In this document: positions 7,806 to 16,342 of the stretch, one piece after another
Layout of the letters: each line of letters begins with the position of its first letter
How positions within the stretch are numbered: position 1 is the stretch's first letter
DNA from: Methanobacteriota archaeon
Lineage (GTDB): Archaea; Thermoplasmatota; Thermoplasmata; SG8-5; JAGLSY01
Reading direction: 5' to 3'
Assembly (NCBI GenBank): GCA_020696385.1
Contig: JAEHCQ010000006.1
Span: 32,001-96,000 of the forward strand
Length of the DNA stretch: 64,000 nucleotides
Translations under genes and position numbers: made by a program
Notes under the pieces: model-generated
Database searches by the model: none
The model's input: only the letters and a program-made list of their open reading frames with translations
What the model was told of the DNA's origin: nothing

Positions 7806-9131
7806 ATGAGTGAAATAAACATTAATGTAGAGCATTTGACAAGAGTAGAAGGACATGGAAACATCGTCCTGAATGCGAAAGATGGTACCATTGAGAAGAT
7901 ACAGTGGCAGGTCTCAGAGGCCCCACGTCTCTTCGAGTCCTTCGTCAGAGGCAAGCCATACAATCAGTTGGCTCCAATAACATCCAGGATATGTGGTATC
8001 TGTTCAATAGGCCACACACTGGCCTCATTGAAAGCTACTGAGGCCGCTATGGATATTGAAATATCCGAGCAGAGTCAGAAACTGAGACGATTGGCTATCC
8101 ATGCCGAGAATCTTCAGAGCCACATACTCCATGTAGGATACCTTGTAGCTCCTGATCTTTTTGGTGTTGGGAGCGTGGTGCCACTCGTTGGTTCAAACCC
8201 CAACGAGGTATTGGCTATCGTCAAGCTCCACAGACAGGCTAACTTGATGTCCGATCTGATATGCGGCAGGACGACACATCCTACAAATCTGGTGCCAGGC
8301 GGTATCTACAAAACACCATCTCCATATGCGCTGAAGGATATCAAACAGAACCTGCTGGATATGGTTCCAACAGGCAATGCGGTCGGCGAGGTCATACTTG
8401 CCAATGCAGGAGCCCTTCCGGATTTCAAGAGAGATACGGAATACATCGCTCTTGTTACGGATGATGAATATGCCCTGTATGATGGAATGGTTGGGTCAAC
8501 CGATGAGGAGCCACAGCACGTGGATGCTTACAAGACCATTGTGAATGAGTTCGTGGTCCCATATTCCACAGCCAAGTTTACCAAGAATAAACGCGACTCA
8601 TACATGGTCGGAGCATTGGCCAGGTTCAACCTGAATGCCGACAAGCTCAGTCCTATGGCCAAAGAATGGGCCAGCAAGTTCGGTCTAAAACCAGTTAATC
8701 CAAATCCCTTCATGAACAATGTGGCGCAATTCGTTGAATTCGTTCACTCCATCGAGGATTCCGTCAGGATAATCGACGAGCTATTGGACGGCGGATTGAA
8801 GCAGGAGCCAACACCAAAGGTCACGCCAAAGGCAGGACGTGGTGTAGGTGCTGTGGAAGTTCCAAGAGGTCTTCTCTTCCATGAATATGAGTATGATGAC
8901 AAGGGAAACTGTGTAAAGGCGAACTGTGTGATACCGACCAATATGAACCACAACAATATCAACCAGGATTTCGCGGCTATAGCTCCAACACTCCTTGATC
9001 TACCAGAGAAACAGATCGAGCTGACATTGGAGATGCTTGTCAGAGCGTATGATCCGTGCATAAGCTGTTCCACCCACTATCTGAATGTCGAGTGGGCCAA
9101 TGGCTCTGGGACAAAAACGGGGGGGAACTAA
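7806..9131 (+). CDS. hyhL: [NiFe]-hydrogenase large subunit, group 3b-like (copy 1)
   Basis: TRVEGHG, L1 SRICGICS, EVPRG, L2 YDPCISCSTH plus a 17-aa cleavable C-terminal extension. Start set at ATG 7806 (MSEININVEH) by the RBS and by the paralogue. Confidence 0.95.
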   Translation: MSEININVEHLTRVEGHGNIVLNAKDGTIEKIQWQVSEAPRLFESFVRGKPYNQLAPITSRICGICSIGHTLASLKATEAAMDIEISEQSQKLRRLAIHAENLQSHILHVGYLVAPDLFGVGSVVPLVGSNPNEVLAIVKLHRQANLMSDLICGRTTHPTNLVPGGIYKTPSPYALKDIKQNLLDMVPTGNAVGEVILANAGALPDFKRDTEYIALVTDDEYALYDGMVGSTDEEPQHVDAYKTIVNEFVVPYSTAKFTKNKRDSYMVGALARFNLNADKLSPMAKEWASKFGLKPVNPNPFMNNVAQFVEFVHSIEDSVRIIDELLDGGLKQEPTPKVTPKAGRGVGAVEVPRGLLFHEYEYDDKGNCVKANCVIPTNMNHNNINQDFAAIAPTLLDLPEKQIELTLEMLVRAYDPCISCSTHYLNVEWANGSGTKTGGN

Positions 9132-9553
9132 TGGAAAGTGTATCACAGAATTCGTATGAAGCAAATGATATCCTTGACCTCATCCAGGCCTGTGGAACAG
9201 GAACTGGCATGGAGCAACAAGGTGCGCGCAATTCTCTTGAAAGGGTAGGAGGATCTGCTGTTGGTCCACTGTCAGAGGCACTATTGCATGACACGAATGC
9301 AATAGTGAGATACAGGTCTGCCGAGGCCCTTGGTCATATTGGGGACCCCTGTGCTATAGAACCATTGATAAAAGCTCTGGGGGATGATGATTCATCGGTC
9401 CAGTGGAGGTCCATCGAGGCATTGATAGATATCGGTGAGCCAGCAATGGAAATGATCGCTTCGAAAGTAAATGGCAGGAATATCAGTAAGGATCTGCGAT
9501 GTAACCTGCGCTATGCTTTGATGGAGATCCTGGAAAATCGAGGTAAGCAATAA
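9131..9553 (+). CDS. HEAT-repeat (PBS-lyase-like) protein
   Basis: VRYRSAEALGHIGDPCAIEPLIKALGDDDSSVQWRSIEALIDIG repeats; ATG 9131 overlaps the large-subunit stop (TAATG). Confidence 0.8.
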   Translation: MESVSQNSYEANDILDLIQACGTGTGMEQQGARNSLERVGGSAVGPLSEALLHDTNAIVRYRSAEALGHIGDPCAIEPLIKALGDDDSSVQWRSIEALIDIGEPAMEMIASKVNGRNISKDLRCNLRYALMEILENRGKQ

Positions 9554-9598
9554 AGGAAGACCAAGCGTAAATAGAATAATGGTCGGATGAGTAATACT

Positions 9599-10648
9599 TC
9601 ACTCATCCGATCTCTTTTCATTTTTTCTCTTCAAGTTCTTTATGATGCCGTGTGATATCTTCTGCTGATCGATATGCGTGGCCATTCTGGGTGAGAGGTA
9701 TATCTTCTTCATGGCTCCTATGCATTCCTTGAACCTGTGATCGTACTTGTCCTCCCAATCAAAATGATCCTCCACACTGGGGAACACACCAAAGAGAAGG
9801 AAATTATATCTGCCGATGCCAGCTTCCCACGCCATCGGTATATGATCATCATTCTCTATTGCCTTTAGTATCTTTGATTTGGTCCTCTTGACCTCCATCA
9901 GGTAATAGACAAGTATCTGGTCTGGGGGTACGAAGAAATTTGGAAATCTGCATACGGGATCCGAGATTATGCCCGCCTCTTTCAATGATCTGAGGCGTCT
10001 TTCGATGGTCTTTCTGTGGACATCCAGCTTCTGTGCCAGCATGTTCTCATTGGTTCTTATCCCATCTCCCTGTACCAGCATTTTGAGTATATTGAAGCAT
10101 AGATTGTTGATATTGTATCCATTGAGGCTTAGCTTGCCAGTCCCCTTGAACTTTTTCTCCATTATGAATATTGGAGAGTAAGGTTTGTTCTTTATGATGT
10201 CCTTATTGCTGAACACCAGGACATGAGCTGAATTCCTCCTGTCTCTCTGCGGGATCTTATTGGTATTGACTATCTCTTTTTTCCACTGGCCATAGGAGTG
10301 TATGTCCTTGTGGAATTCGATCAATAATGTATTGTATTCCTCGTCCCTAACATGGAAGGCTGCGAAGATGTGCTCATCGCTCTTGAACCAGTTCTCGGTA
10401 TCATCATTTCTCGGAAGCTCAGCTCTTGCGATCGCGAGCATCGGGTATTCATCATACAGCCAGCTAAATGGATACACTGGCTTATTGATAATTTCATGGC
10501 TGAATAATGCATTTATCTGGGACTTGATAGTGTTCCGATGTCTATCAAGGGTCTTTGCAAGGTGGCTTATGTTCACTTCCACTCCTTCACCGGTGCAAAT
10601 ACTCTCCAGAATTTTCAGATTCAATTCATCTTCTAGCAGTTCTGTCAT
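9599..10648 (-). CDS. Transcriptional regulator with two tandem Lrp/AsnC-like modules (paralogue B)
   Basis: HLAKTLDRHRNTIKSQI and MLAQKLDVHRKTIERRL HTH segments; homologous to 277..1326; GGTGA RBS before ATG 10648; divergent from operon 2. Confidence 0.7.
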   Translation of the reverse strand: MTELLEDELNLKILESICTGEGVEVNISHLAKTLDRHRNTIKSQINALFSHEIINKPVYPFSWLYDEYPMLAIARAELPRNDDTENWFKSDEHIFAAFHVRDEEYNTLLIEFHKDIHSYGQWKKEIVNTNKIPQRDRRNSAHVLVFSNKDIIKNKPYSPIFIMEKKFKGTGKLSLNGYNINNLCFNILKMLVQGDGIRTNENMLAQKLDVHRKTIERRLRSLKEAGIISDPVCRFPNFFVPPDQILVYYLMEVKRTKSKILKAIENDDHIPMAWEAGIGRYNFLLFGVFPSVEDHFDWEDKYDHRFKECIGAMKKIYLSPRMATHIDQQKISHGIIKNLKRKNEKRSDE

Positions 10649-10855
10649 TATCACCTGGATAAACTGTCAATATAAATACATTTTCAATGATATAATGCTA
10701 TAATTTATTATTTGAGGTGTGAAAATATATACATAATACGCGCGCCCTCATCTAGGTGATATTTTGTATGTTATAGCACTAATTATCATTAATAGTATCA
10801 TTTACGACACTTTATTTCATTTATGTTATCATAATTTATTAATACATATCTGGTG

Positions 10856-10869
10856 TTATCAATTGATAA
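10856..10869. promoter_or_regulatory. Perfect 14-bp palindrome TTATCAATTGATAA, candidate operator
   Basis: Palindrome about 57 nt upstream of the KaiC-like gene, in the divergent promoter region. The AT-rich context weakens its significance. Confidence 0.3.
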
Positions 10870-10925
10870 TGACTGGTTAGTTCAAAGTTTTAAGACAGAA
10901 AACCAGGAAATATGGAGTAGATAAA

Positions 10926-11657
10926 ATGGAAAAGACCTATAAATTAAACATTAATGGTTTGGATGATAAAATGGATGGAGGCATTCCTGAAAAACACATA
11001 ATTCTTCTGGCAGGAACACCTGGAACCATGAAGTCCACATTAGCCTACCGTACTTTGATGGCCAATGCACAGGACGGTGAGACCAAGGCTCTATATCTAA
11101 CACTGGAGCAGGATCGGGACAATTTCATGTACCACCTGACCAAGCTGGGTATGGGCGATAATGTGGAGGGAAGACTGAATCTCTATGACCTCACCACGAC
11201 AAGAGAGCAGTGGTTGAAGCTGAGTCAGGACTCGGGGATCCATCCAGAGGACCCGACTGGCAAAGTGAACATGGAGACCTTCAAGAGGCAATTGGAAACA
11301 TTGAAGAATGCTCTGGGTTTTAATCTGTTGGTCATTGATTCTCTACCTGTGGTCGAGATGATGTTCAAAATGGATGATCCGAGGGATGAGTTGTTCCACT
11401 TTTTCAAATGGCTGAAGAAGCTGGGTGTAACAACATTCTTGATAACCGAGATGAGCCAGGATTCTCCAAAATTCAGCAAGCATGATATCGATTTCCTTGC
11501 TGATGGTATAATCAAATTATCAATGGAACAGATAAATCCTACCAAGAGCCAGAGACAGATCCAGATAATCAAGATGAGAGGTGTGAATCACACCACAGAT
11601 CCATTTGAGCTTCGCTACACGCCAGATGGGTTCGAAGCACTAAAAGTCATTAATTGA
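10926..11657 (+). CDS. KaiC/RAD55-like single-domain ATPase
   Basis: Walker A GTPGTMKST, LYLTLEQ, Walker B LLVIDS, FLADGII, RQIQIIKMRG. Confidence 0.85.
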   Translation: MEKTYKLNINGLDDKMDGGIPEKHIILLAGTPGTMKSTLAYRTLMANAQDGETKALYLTLEQDRDNFMYHLTKLGMGDNVEGRLNLYDLTTTREQWLKLSQDSGIHPEDPTGKVNMETFKRQLETLKNALGFNLLVIDSLPVVEMMFKMDDPRDELFHFFKWLKKLGVTTFLITEMSQDSPKFSKHDIDFLADGIIKLSMEQINPTKSQRQIQIIKMRGVNHTTDPFELRYTPDGFEALKVIN

Positions 11658-11676
11658 TAGAAACGGAGGAATAAGA

Positions 11677-13593
11677 ATGAAAATAATATCAAAACAAGAT
11701 TTCGATGCCTTTATAAATGCCCTGATCCAGGATGAATCTTTGGATGTTGAGGGTGTGAAAGCCAAAGGAGATAAGTTCGTATTTGGACCGTTAGATACAG
11801 CAACAGAGCTGCGCCTGGACTATGATGTGACCATACTTCCACCCAAGAAGTATTTCCTTCCTCAGTACGAGACCATGATGCATTTCGATATATCAACTGG
11901 GAAGGCCACGGCTCCAGCAATGGACACGAAGAAGGTCATTGTGGGAGTTCATCCATATGACCTGATAGCGATCCAGCAGATGGACAAATACTTCTTTGAC
12001 ACCAATGTTGATGACATATATCTGCAGAAGAGGAAGAACTCTCTTCTGATAGGTGTAATGCCCGCGAAGGCCTCTGAGAAGGCCTTCTATGGGGATCTGA
12101 TGAAAAATGCAGGTACTCCAGAATTGCACTTCGATCTGATGGTGACTGACCTGGGTGTGCTATATGCTGTCCTTCCAGGAACTCCGGAAGGGGCACAGCT
12201 CCTTTCGAGAGCGACATCCCGGGATGCACAGCCCCAGGAGATAGAGGCTGCCAAGAACAAGCGGCAGGAAGCGATAGACAGGGCAACAAGAGGTTTGAAG
12301 GTTGGTCCTAAGGCATGGCATTCTCTTCTATCGAACAACTACATGAGCTCAATATGGAAGGAGATGGCAGATCAGTGTCTGGCATGCGGTTCCTGTACTC
12401 TCGTTTGTCCAACATGTTTCTGCTATGATGTCAATGACGAGGTCGGATTGGACCTCAATACCGGTGTCAGGACCAGAACCTGGGATGGCTGTCTTCTTAG
12501 AGACTTCACAAAGGTCGCACCTGGCGAGATATTCAGGGAGGATATCGTCGAGAGATATCGCCACAGGATAAACAGGAAGGGCAAGTACCTCCCCGAATCA
12601 ATGGGCTTCGTTGCCTGTGTGGGATGTGGGAGATGCTCAAGCCAGTGTGTTCCTGATATTGCTGATCCGGTCAATTTGATCAATAAATTGGCTGAGGCAA
12701 CTATGGACACGATACCCGACACGAATATGGGCCATGTGCCAGAGAAATCTGACCTTGGAATAATTGCCAGTGATTCATTGTACATACCAAGGACCGCGAC
12801 CATAAGACGGATGATGAAACTCACCAAGACAGAGACTTTCTTCGAGATCGGTCTAGATGATGGCCAGCCTCTTGGACATGTGCCTGGTCAGTTTGTCGAG
12901 GTATCCATATACGGTGTGGGTGAAGCACCAATTTCAGTATCTTCTCCTCCCGGAGGGAACACATTCCAATTGATAGTAAGGAATGTGGGGGATCTGACCA
13001 ATAAGCTCCATTCATTGAGCGAAGGAGACAAGATTGGGATCAGAGGTCCATTCGGTACTGGCTTTGACACGGAAGGTATGAGGGGAAAGAACATTTTGTT
13101 CATTGGTGGTGGATTGGGCATAGTTCCAATGCGCTCCCTTATCAAGTATGTGCTGAACAACCGTGCAGACTATGGCAAGGTCATGATCCTCTATGGTTGC
13201 AAGGATCCCAGTGAGCTTCTCTTCAAGGATGAGATATCTCAATGGGAGAATACACCTGGCGTCGAAATGCATAGGACAGTGGATACCTGTGCAGAGGGCG
13301 AAAATTGGGATGGGCAGGTAGGTGTCATAACCACCATCATGCCTATGGTGACCTTCGACCCATTGAATACCATCGCTGTGGTAGTTGGACCACCGATCAT
13401 GTACAGGTTCGTGAACCGCGATCTGCTTAACATGGGTATGCCTGAGGAGAATATCATTGTCTCTCTGGAAAGGCGTATGAAATGCGGCGTGGGCAAGTGC
13501 GGTCACTGCCAGATAAATGGAATATATGTCTGTAAAGAGGGGCCTGTATTCAATTATAAAGACATTAAAGATGAACCGGAGGCGTTTTCATGA
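11677..13593 (+). CDS. Fused sulfhydrogenase beta (AsrA-like 2x[4Fe-4S]) and gamma (FAD/NAD(P), [2Fe-2S]) subunits
   Basis: CLACGSCTLVCPTCFC, RTWDGC, CVGCGRCSSQC; then PGQFV, GEAPIS, RGPFG, GGGLGIVP, VGPPIM, ERRMKCGVGKCGHC, CKEGPVF. Confidence 0.9.
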   Translation: MKIISKQDFDAFINALIQDESLDVEGVKAKGDKFVFGPLDTATELRLDYDVTILPPKKYFLPQYETMMHFDISTGKATAPAMDTKKVIVGVHPYDLIAIQQMDKYFFDTNVDDIYLQKRKNSLLIGVMPAKASEKAFYGDLMKNAGTPELHFDLMVTDLGVLYAVLPGTPEGAQLLSRATSRDAQPQEIEAAKNKRQEAIDRATRGLKVGPKAWHSLLSNNYMSSIWKEMADQCLACGSCTLVCPTCFCYDVNDEVGLDLNTGVRTRTWDGCLLRDFTKVAPGEIFREDIVERYRHRINRKGKYLPESMGFVACVGCGRCSSQCVPDIADPVNLINKLAEATMDTIPDTNMGHVPEKSDLGIIASDSLYIPRTATIRRMMKLTKTETFFEIGLDDGQPLGHVPGQFVEVSIYGVGEAPISVSSPPGGNTFQLIVRNVGDLTNKLHSLSEGDKIGIRGPFGTGFDTEGMRGKNILFIGGGLGIVPMRSLIKYVLNNRADYGKVMILYGCKDPSELLFKDEISQWENTPGVEMHRTVDTCAEGENWDGQVGVITTIMPMVTFDPLNTIAVVVGPPIMYRFVNRDLLNMGMPEENIIVSLERRMKCGVGKCGHCQINGIYVCKEGPVFNYKDIKDEPEAFS

Positions 13594-14366
13594 AACCAAA
13601 AGTAGCATTCTTTGACTTTGCCAGTTGTGAGGGGTGTCAGCTTCAGGTCGTGAACCTGGAGGAGGCTATCCTTGACGTATTGGCATTGGTGGACATAGTG
13701 TCCTTCAGAGAGGCCATGAAGGAACACTCGGACGATTATGATATAGCCATAATCGAGGGTTCCATCGCAAGGCCAATTGACATAGATCGAATAAAGAAGA
13801 TACGCGAGCAGGCCAGCATACTCATAACCATCGGAGCATGCGCTCACCTTGGCGGTGTGCAGAGGCTGGGTAATCAGTGGGATGCCGAGGCAAATAAGGT
13901 CGAGGTCTATGAGAGACACCCAGGCTCGGAGATAACCAAGGGTGATTCCAACCCATATTTCGCACAGATAAAGCACAGAGCGGTGAGCGAGATAGTGAAG
14001 GTGGACGCTGCCATACCCGGCTGCCCCATTGACTCCAATGAATTTGGCAAGGTCTTGGTCGCACTTCTGACTGGCAAAAAACTACCCATACCAGACTACC
14101 CGGTATGTGTGGAGTGCAAGAAGAACGAGAATATCTGTGTATTCGAAACAGGCGGATTCTGCATGGGTCCAGTCGCTCGGGCTGGATGCGGTGCGCCCTG
14201 CCCAACACATGGTGGCGAATGCGAGGCATGTAGGGGATATGTGGATCATCCGCATACTCAGGCGCATGGTGAGGTCCTGAAGAAATACGGACTCAGTCCG
14301 GATGATATCATGACCAAGAGGACCATGTACAATTATCGCGACTTCGAAGATAAAGGAGGTGACTAG
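13590..14366 (+). CDS. hyhS: [NiFe]-hydrogenase small (delta) subunit, group 3b
   Basis: DFASCEGC, GACA, PGCP and a C-terminal 8-Cys domain (VCVEC...CMGPVARAGCGAPCP...CEACRG); ATGA overlap with the upstream gene. Confidence 0.93.
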   Translation: MKPKVAFFDFASCEGCQLQVVNLEEAILDVLALVDIVSFREAMKEHSDDYDIAIIEGSIARPIDIDRIKKIREQASILITIGACAHLGGVQRLGNQWDAEANKVEVYERHPGSEITKGDSNPYFAQIKHRAVSEIVKVDAAIPGCPIDSNEFGKVLVALLTGKKLPIPDYPVCVECKKNENICVFETGGFCMGPVARAGCGAPCPTHGGECEACRGYVDHPHTQAHGEVLKKYGLSPDDIMTKRTMYNYRDFEDKGGD

Positions 14367-14367
14367 A

Positions 14368-15666
14368 ATGGGTGAGATAAACATCAATGTAGAGCACTTG
14401 ACAAGAGTTGAAGGCCATGGGAATATAGTATTGAACGCAAAAGATGGAACCGTTGAGTTCGTCCAGTGGCAAGTATCCGAGGCTCCAAGATTCTTCGAAT
14501 CATTTGTCCGAGGAAGACCGTACAATGAACTGAGCCACATCACCTCAAGGATATGCGGTATATGCTCGATAGGACACAGCCTGGCCTCGTTGAAAGCGAC
14601 CGAGGCCGCAATGGGCATCCAGATAACTGAGCAGACTCAGATATTGAGAAGACTAGCCATCCATGCAGAGAACTTGCAGAGCCATGTGCTCCATGTAGGT
14701 TACCTGGTCGCGCCCGATCTTCTGGGAGCACCAAGTGTCGTACCTCTGGCAAGCAGTCATACCGATGCGGTCCTGAAAATTGTCGGGCTACACAGATTGG
14801 CAAATGAATTCTCCAATCTGGTCTGTGGAAGGACAGTACACCCTGTAAGCCTCATAGTTGGTGGTTTCAGCCACATACCCTCAGAAAAGCAATTGAAGGA
14901 AATTCGCCAGAAATGGGTGGATGCGATACCAGATGTGGTCGCGGTCGCTGAGATCGTTCTATCACTGGCTCACAAACTTCCGAACTTCACAAGGGAGACG
15001 GAATTCATCGCGCTTACGGCTGACGATGAATACGCGATCTATGATGGCGACATCGGTTCGACCGATGGCGGACGTTGGCCAGTTGCAGAATACTTGGACA
15101 TAACCAATGAGTTCGTTGTGCCGCATTCGACTGCAAAGTACACCAAGCACAAGAGGGAATCGTACATGGTGGGCGCACTTGCCAGGTTCAATTTGAACTA
15201 TGACAAGATGGGGCCACTGGCAAAGGAATGGGCTGGCAAGTTCGGACTTCAGCCAGTCAACCACAATCCTTTCATGAACAATGTCGCTCAGCTTGTAGAG
15301 ATCGTCCACAGTATCGAGGATACACTGGCTCAGATCGACAAGCTACTGGAAATGGGTGTCAATGTCAATGAGAGGCCCAAGTACGAAGTGAAGGCTGGCC
15401 GAGGTGTCGGAGCTGTTGATGTACCACGTGGAATTCTTTTCCACGACTACACATACGATGACAAGGGCGTATGTGTAAAGGCAAACTGCATAATCCCGAC
15501 CAACCAGAACCACAATAATATAAACTTGGACTTCCAGGCAATAGCCCCAACATTACTGAACCTCCCGGAAAAGGAGATCGAGCTGACATTGGAGATGCTC
15601 GTCAGAGCGTATGATCCATGCATAAGCTGTTCGACCCATTATCTGGACGTGCAGTGGAAGAGATAG
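14368..15666 (+). CDS. hyhL: [NiFe]-hydrogenase large (alpha) subunit, group 3b (copy 2)
   Basis: SRICGICS and YDPCISCSTH plus an 8-aa extension; RBS GGAGGTGA at 14355-14362 supports ATG 14368. Confidence 0.95.
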   Translation: MGEININVEHLTRVEGHGNIVLNAKDGTVEFVQWQVSEAPRFFESFVRGRPYNELSHITSRICGICSIGHSLASLKATEAAMGIQITEQTQILRRLAIHAENLQSHVLHVGYLVAPDLLGAPSVVPLASSHTDAVLKIVGLHRLANEFSNLVCGRTVHPVSLIVGGFSHIPSEKQLKEIRQKWVDAIPDVVAVAEIVLSLAHKLPNFTRETEFIALTADDEYAIYDGDIGSTDGGRWPVAEYLDITNEFVVPHSTAKYTKHKRESYMVGALARFNLNYDKMGPLAKEWAGKFGLQPVNHNPFMNNVAQLVEIVHSIEDTLAQIDKLLEMGVNVNERPKYEVKAGRGVGAVDVPRGILFHDYTYDDKGVCVKANCIIPTNQNHNNINLDFQAIAPTLLNLPEKEIELTLEMLVRAYDPCISCSTHYLDVQWKR

Positions 15667-15700
15667 ATCCCCCAAAAATAAAAGGGATGGAAATAACAAT

Positions 15701-15728
15701 GGAAGAGGCAGTTTAATATGCCTCTTCC
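15701..15728 (+). terminator. 10-bp stem-loop after the hydrogenase 2 structural genes (terminator, attenuator or stabiliser)
   Basis: GGAAGAGGCA-8 nt-TGCCTCTTCC followed by a pyrimidine-rich tract. Confidence 0.45.
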
Positions 15729-15744
15729 CCCTTTCATATTTTAC

Positions 15745-16194
15745 ATGAAACAGGCAATTATCGGTATTGGCAATCCTCTTATGGGGGATGACGGCGCTGG
15801 CATAGCGGTTCTCAACCTATTGAAACAGCGCAAGTCCGAGCTCCCGGAAGACATCGATTATGTCGAGATGGGAACTGGTGGTATCAATCTCGTTCATGTA
15901 CTGGCGGATTATGATAAAGTCGTGCTGATAGATGCAGCCAAGTTTGGAGGCCAGCCTGCTGAAATAAGAAAATTCAGGCCGGACGAGGTGCATACACTGA
16001 AGACCCAGGGCTACAGTCTTCATGATTGGGACCTTTTCACAAGCCTGGATATCTCCAAAAAAATGGGCGAGCTGCCCGATGATATTATTATTTTCAGTGT
16101 GCAGATCATCGATGCATCGCCAGTGGATCACATGACACCACAGGTGGAAAAGGCTGTGGTGGAGATGGCTGGTATGATTGTAGATTTATTTTGA
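15745..16194 (+). CDS. hycI: Hydrogenase maturation endopeptidase
   Basis: IGIGNPLMGDDGAG, VLIDAA, SLHD motifs. Confidence 0.9.
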   Translation: MKQAIIGIGNPLMGDDGAGIAVLNLLKQRKSELPEDIDYVEMGTGGINLVHVLADYDKVVLIDAAKFGGQPAEIRKFRPDEVHTLKTQGYSLHDWDLFTSLDISKKMGELPDDIIIFSVQIIDASPVDHMTPQVEKAVVEMAGMIVDLF

Positions 16195-16256
16195 TATTAT
16201 TATATATTTTATTTCATAATATATATTTTGAAGTAGGCTGGCAATAAATATTATGG

Positions 16257-16307
16257 CTATGTTCGCTCATTCCCTTTCCCATACTTGTACGCTATAGCGC
16301 ATACGCC
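16257..16307 (-). pseudogene. Diverged relic copy of a hypD 3' end
   Basis: The minus strand reads *GVCAIAYKYGKGNERT*, against the HypD C-terminus EGGCSIAYKYGKRGN*, about 80 bp away. Confidence 0.6.
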
Positions 16308-16342
16308 CTATCGCTCGTTTTCAACTCGCTTACGGGCTATGC

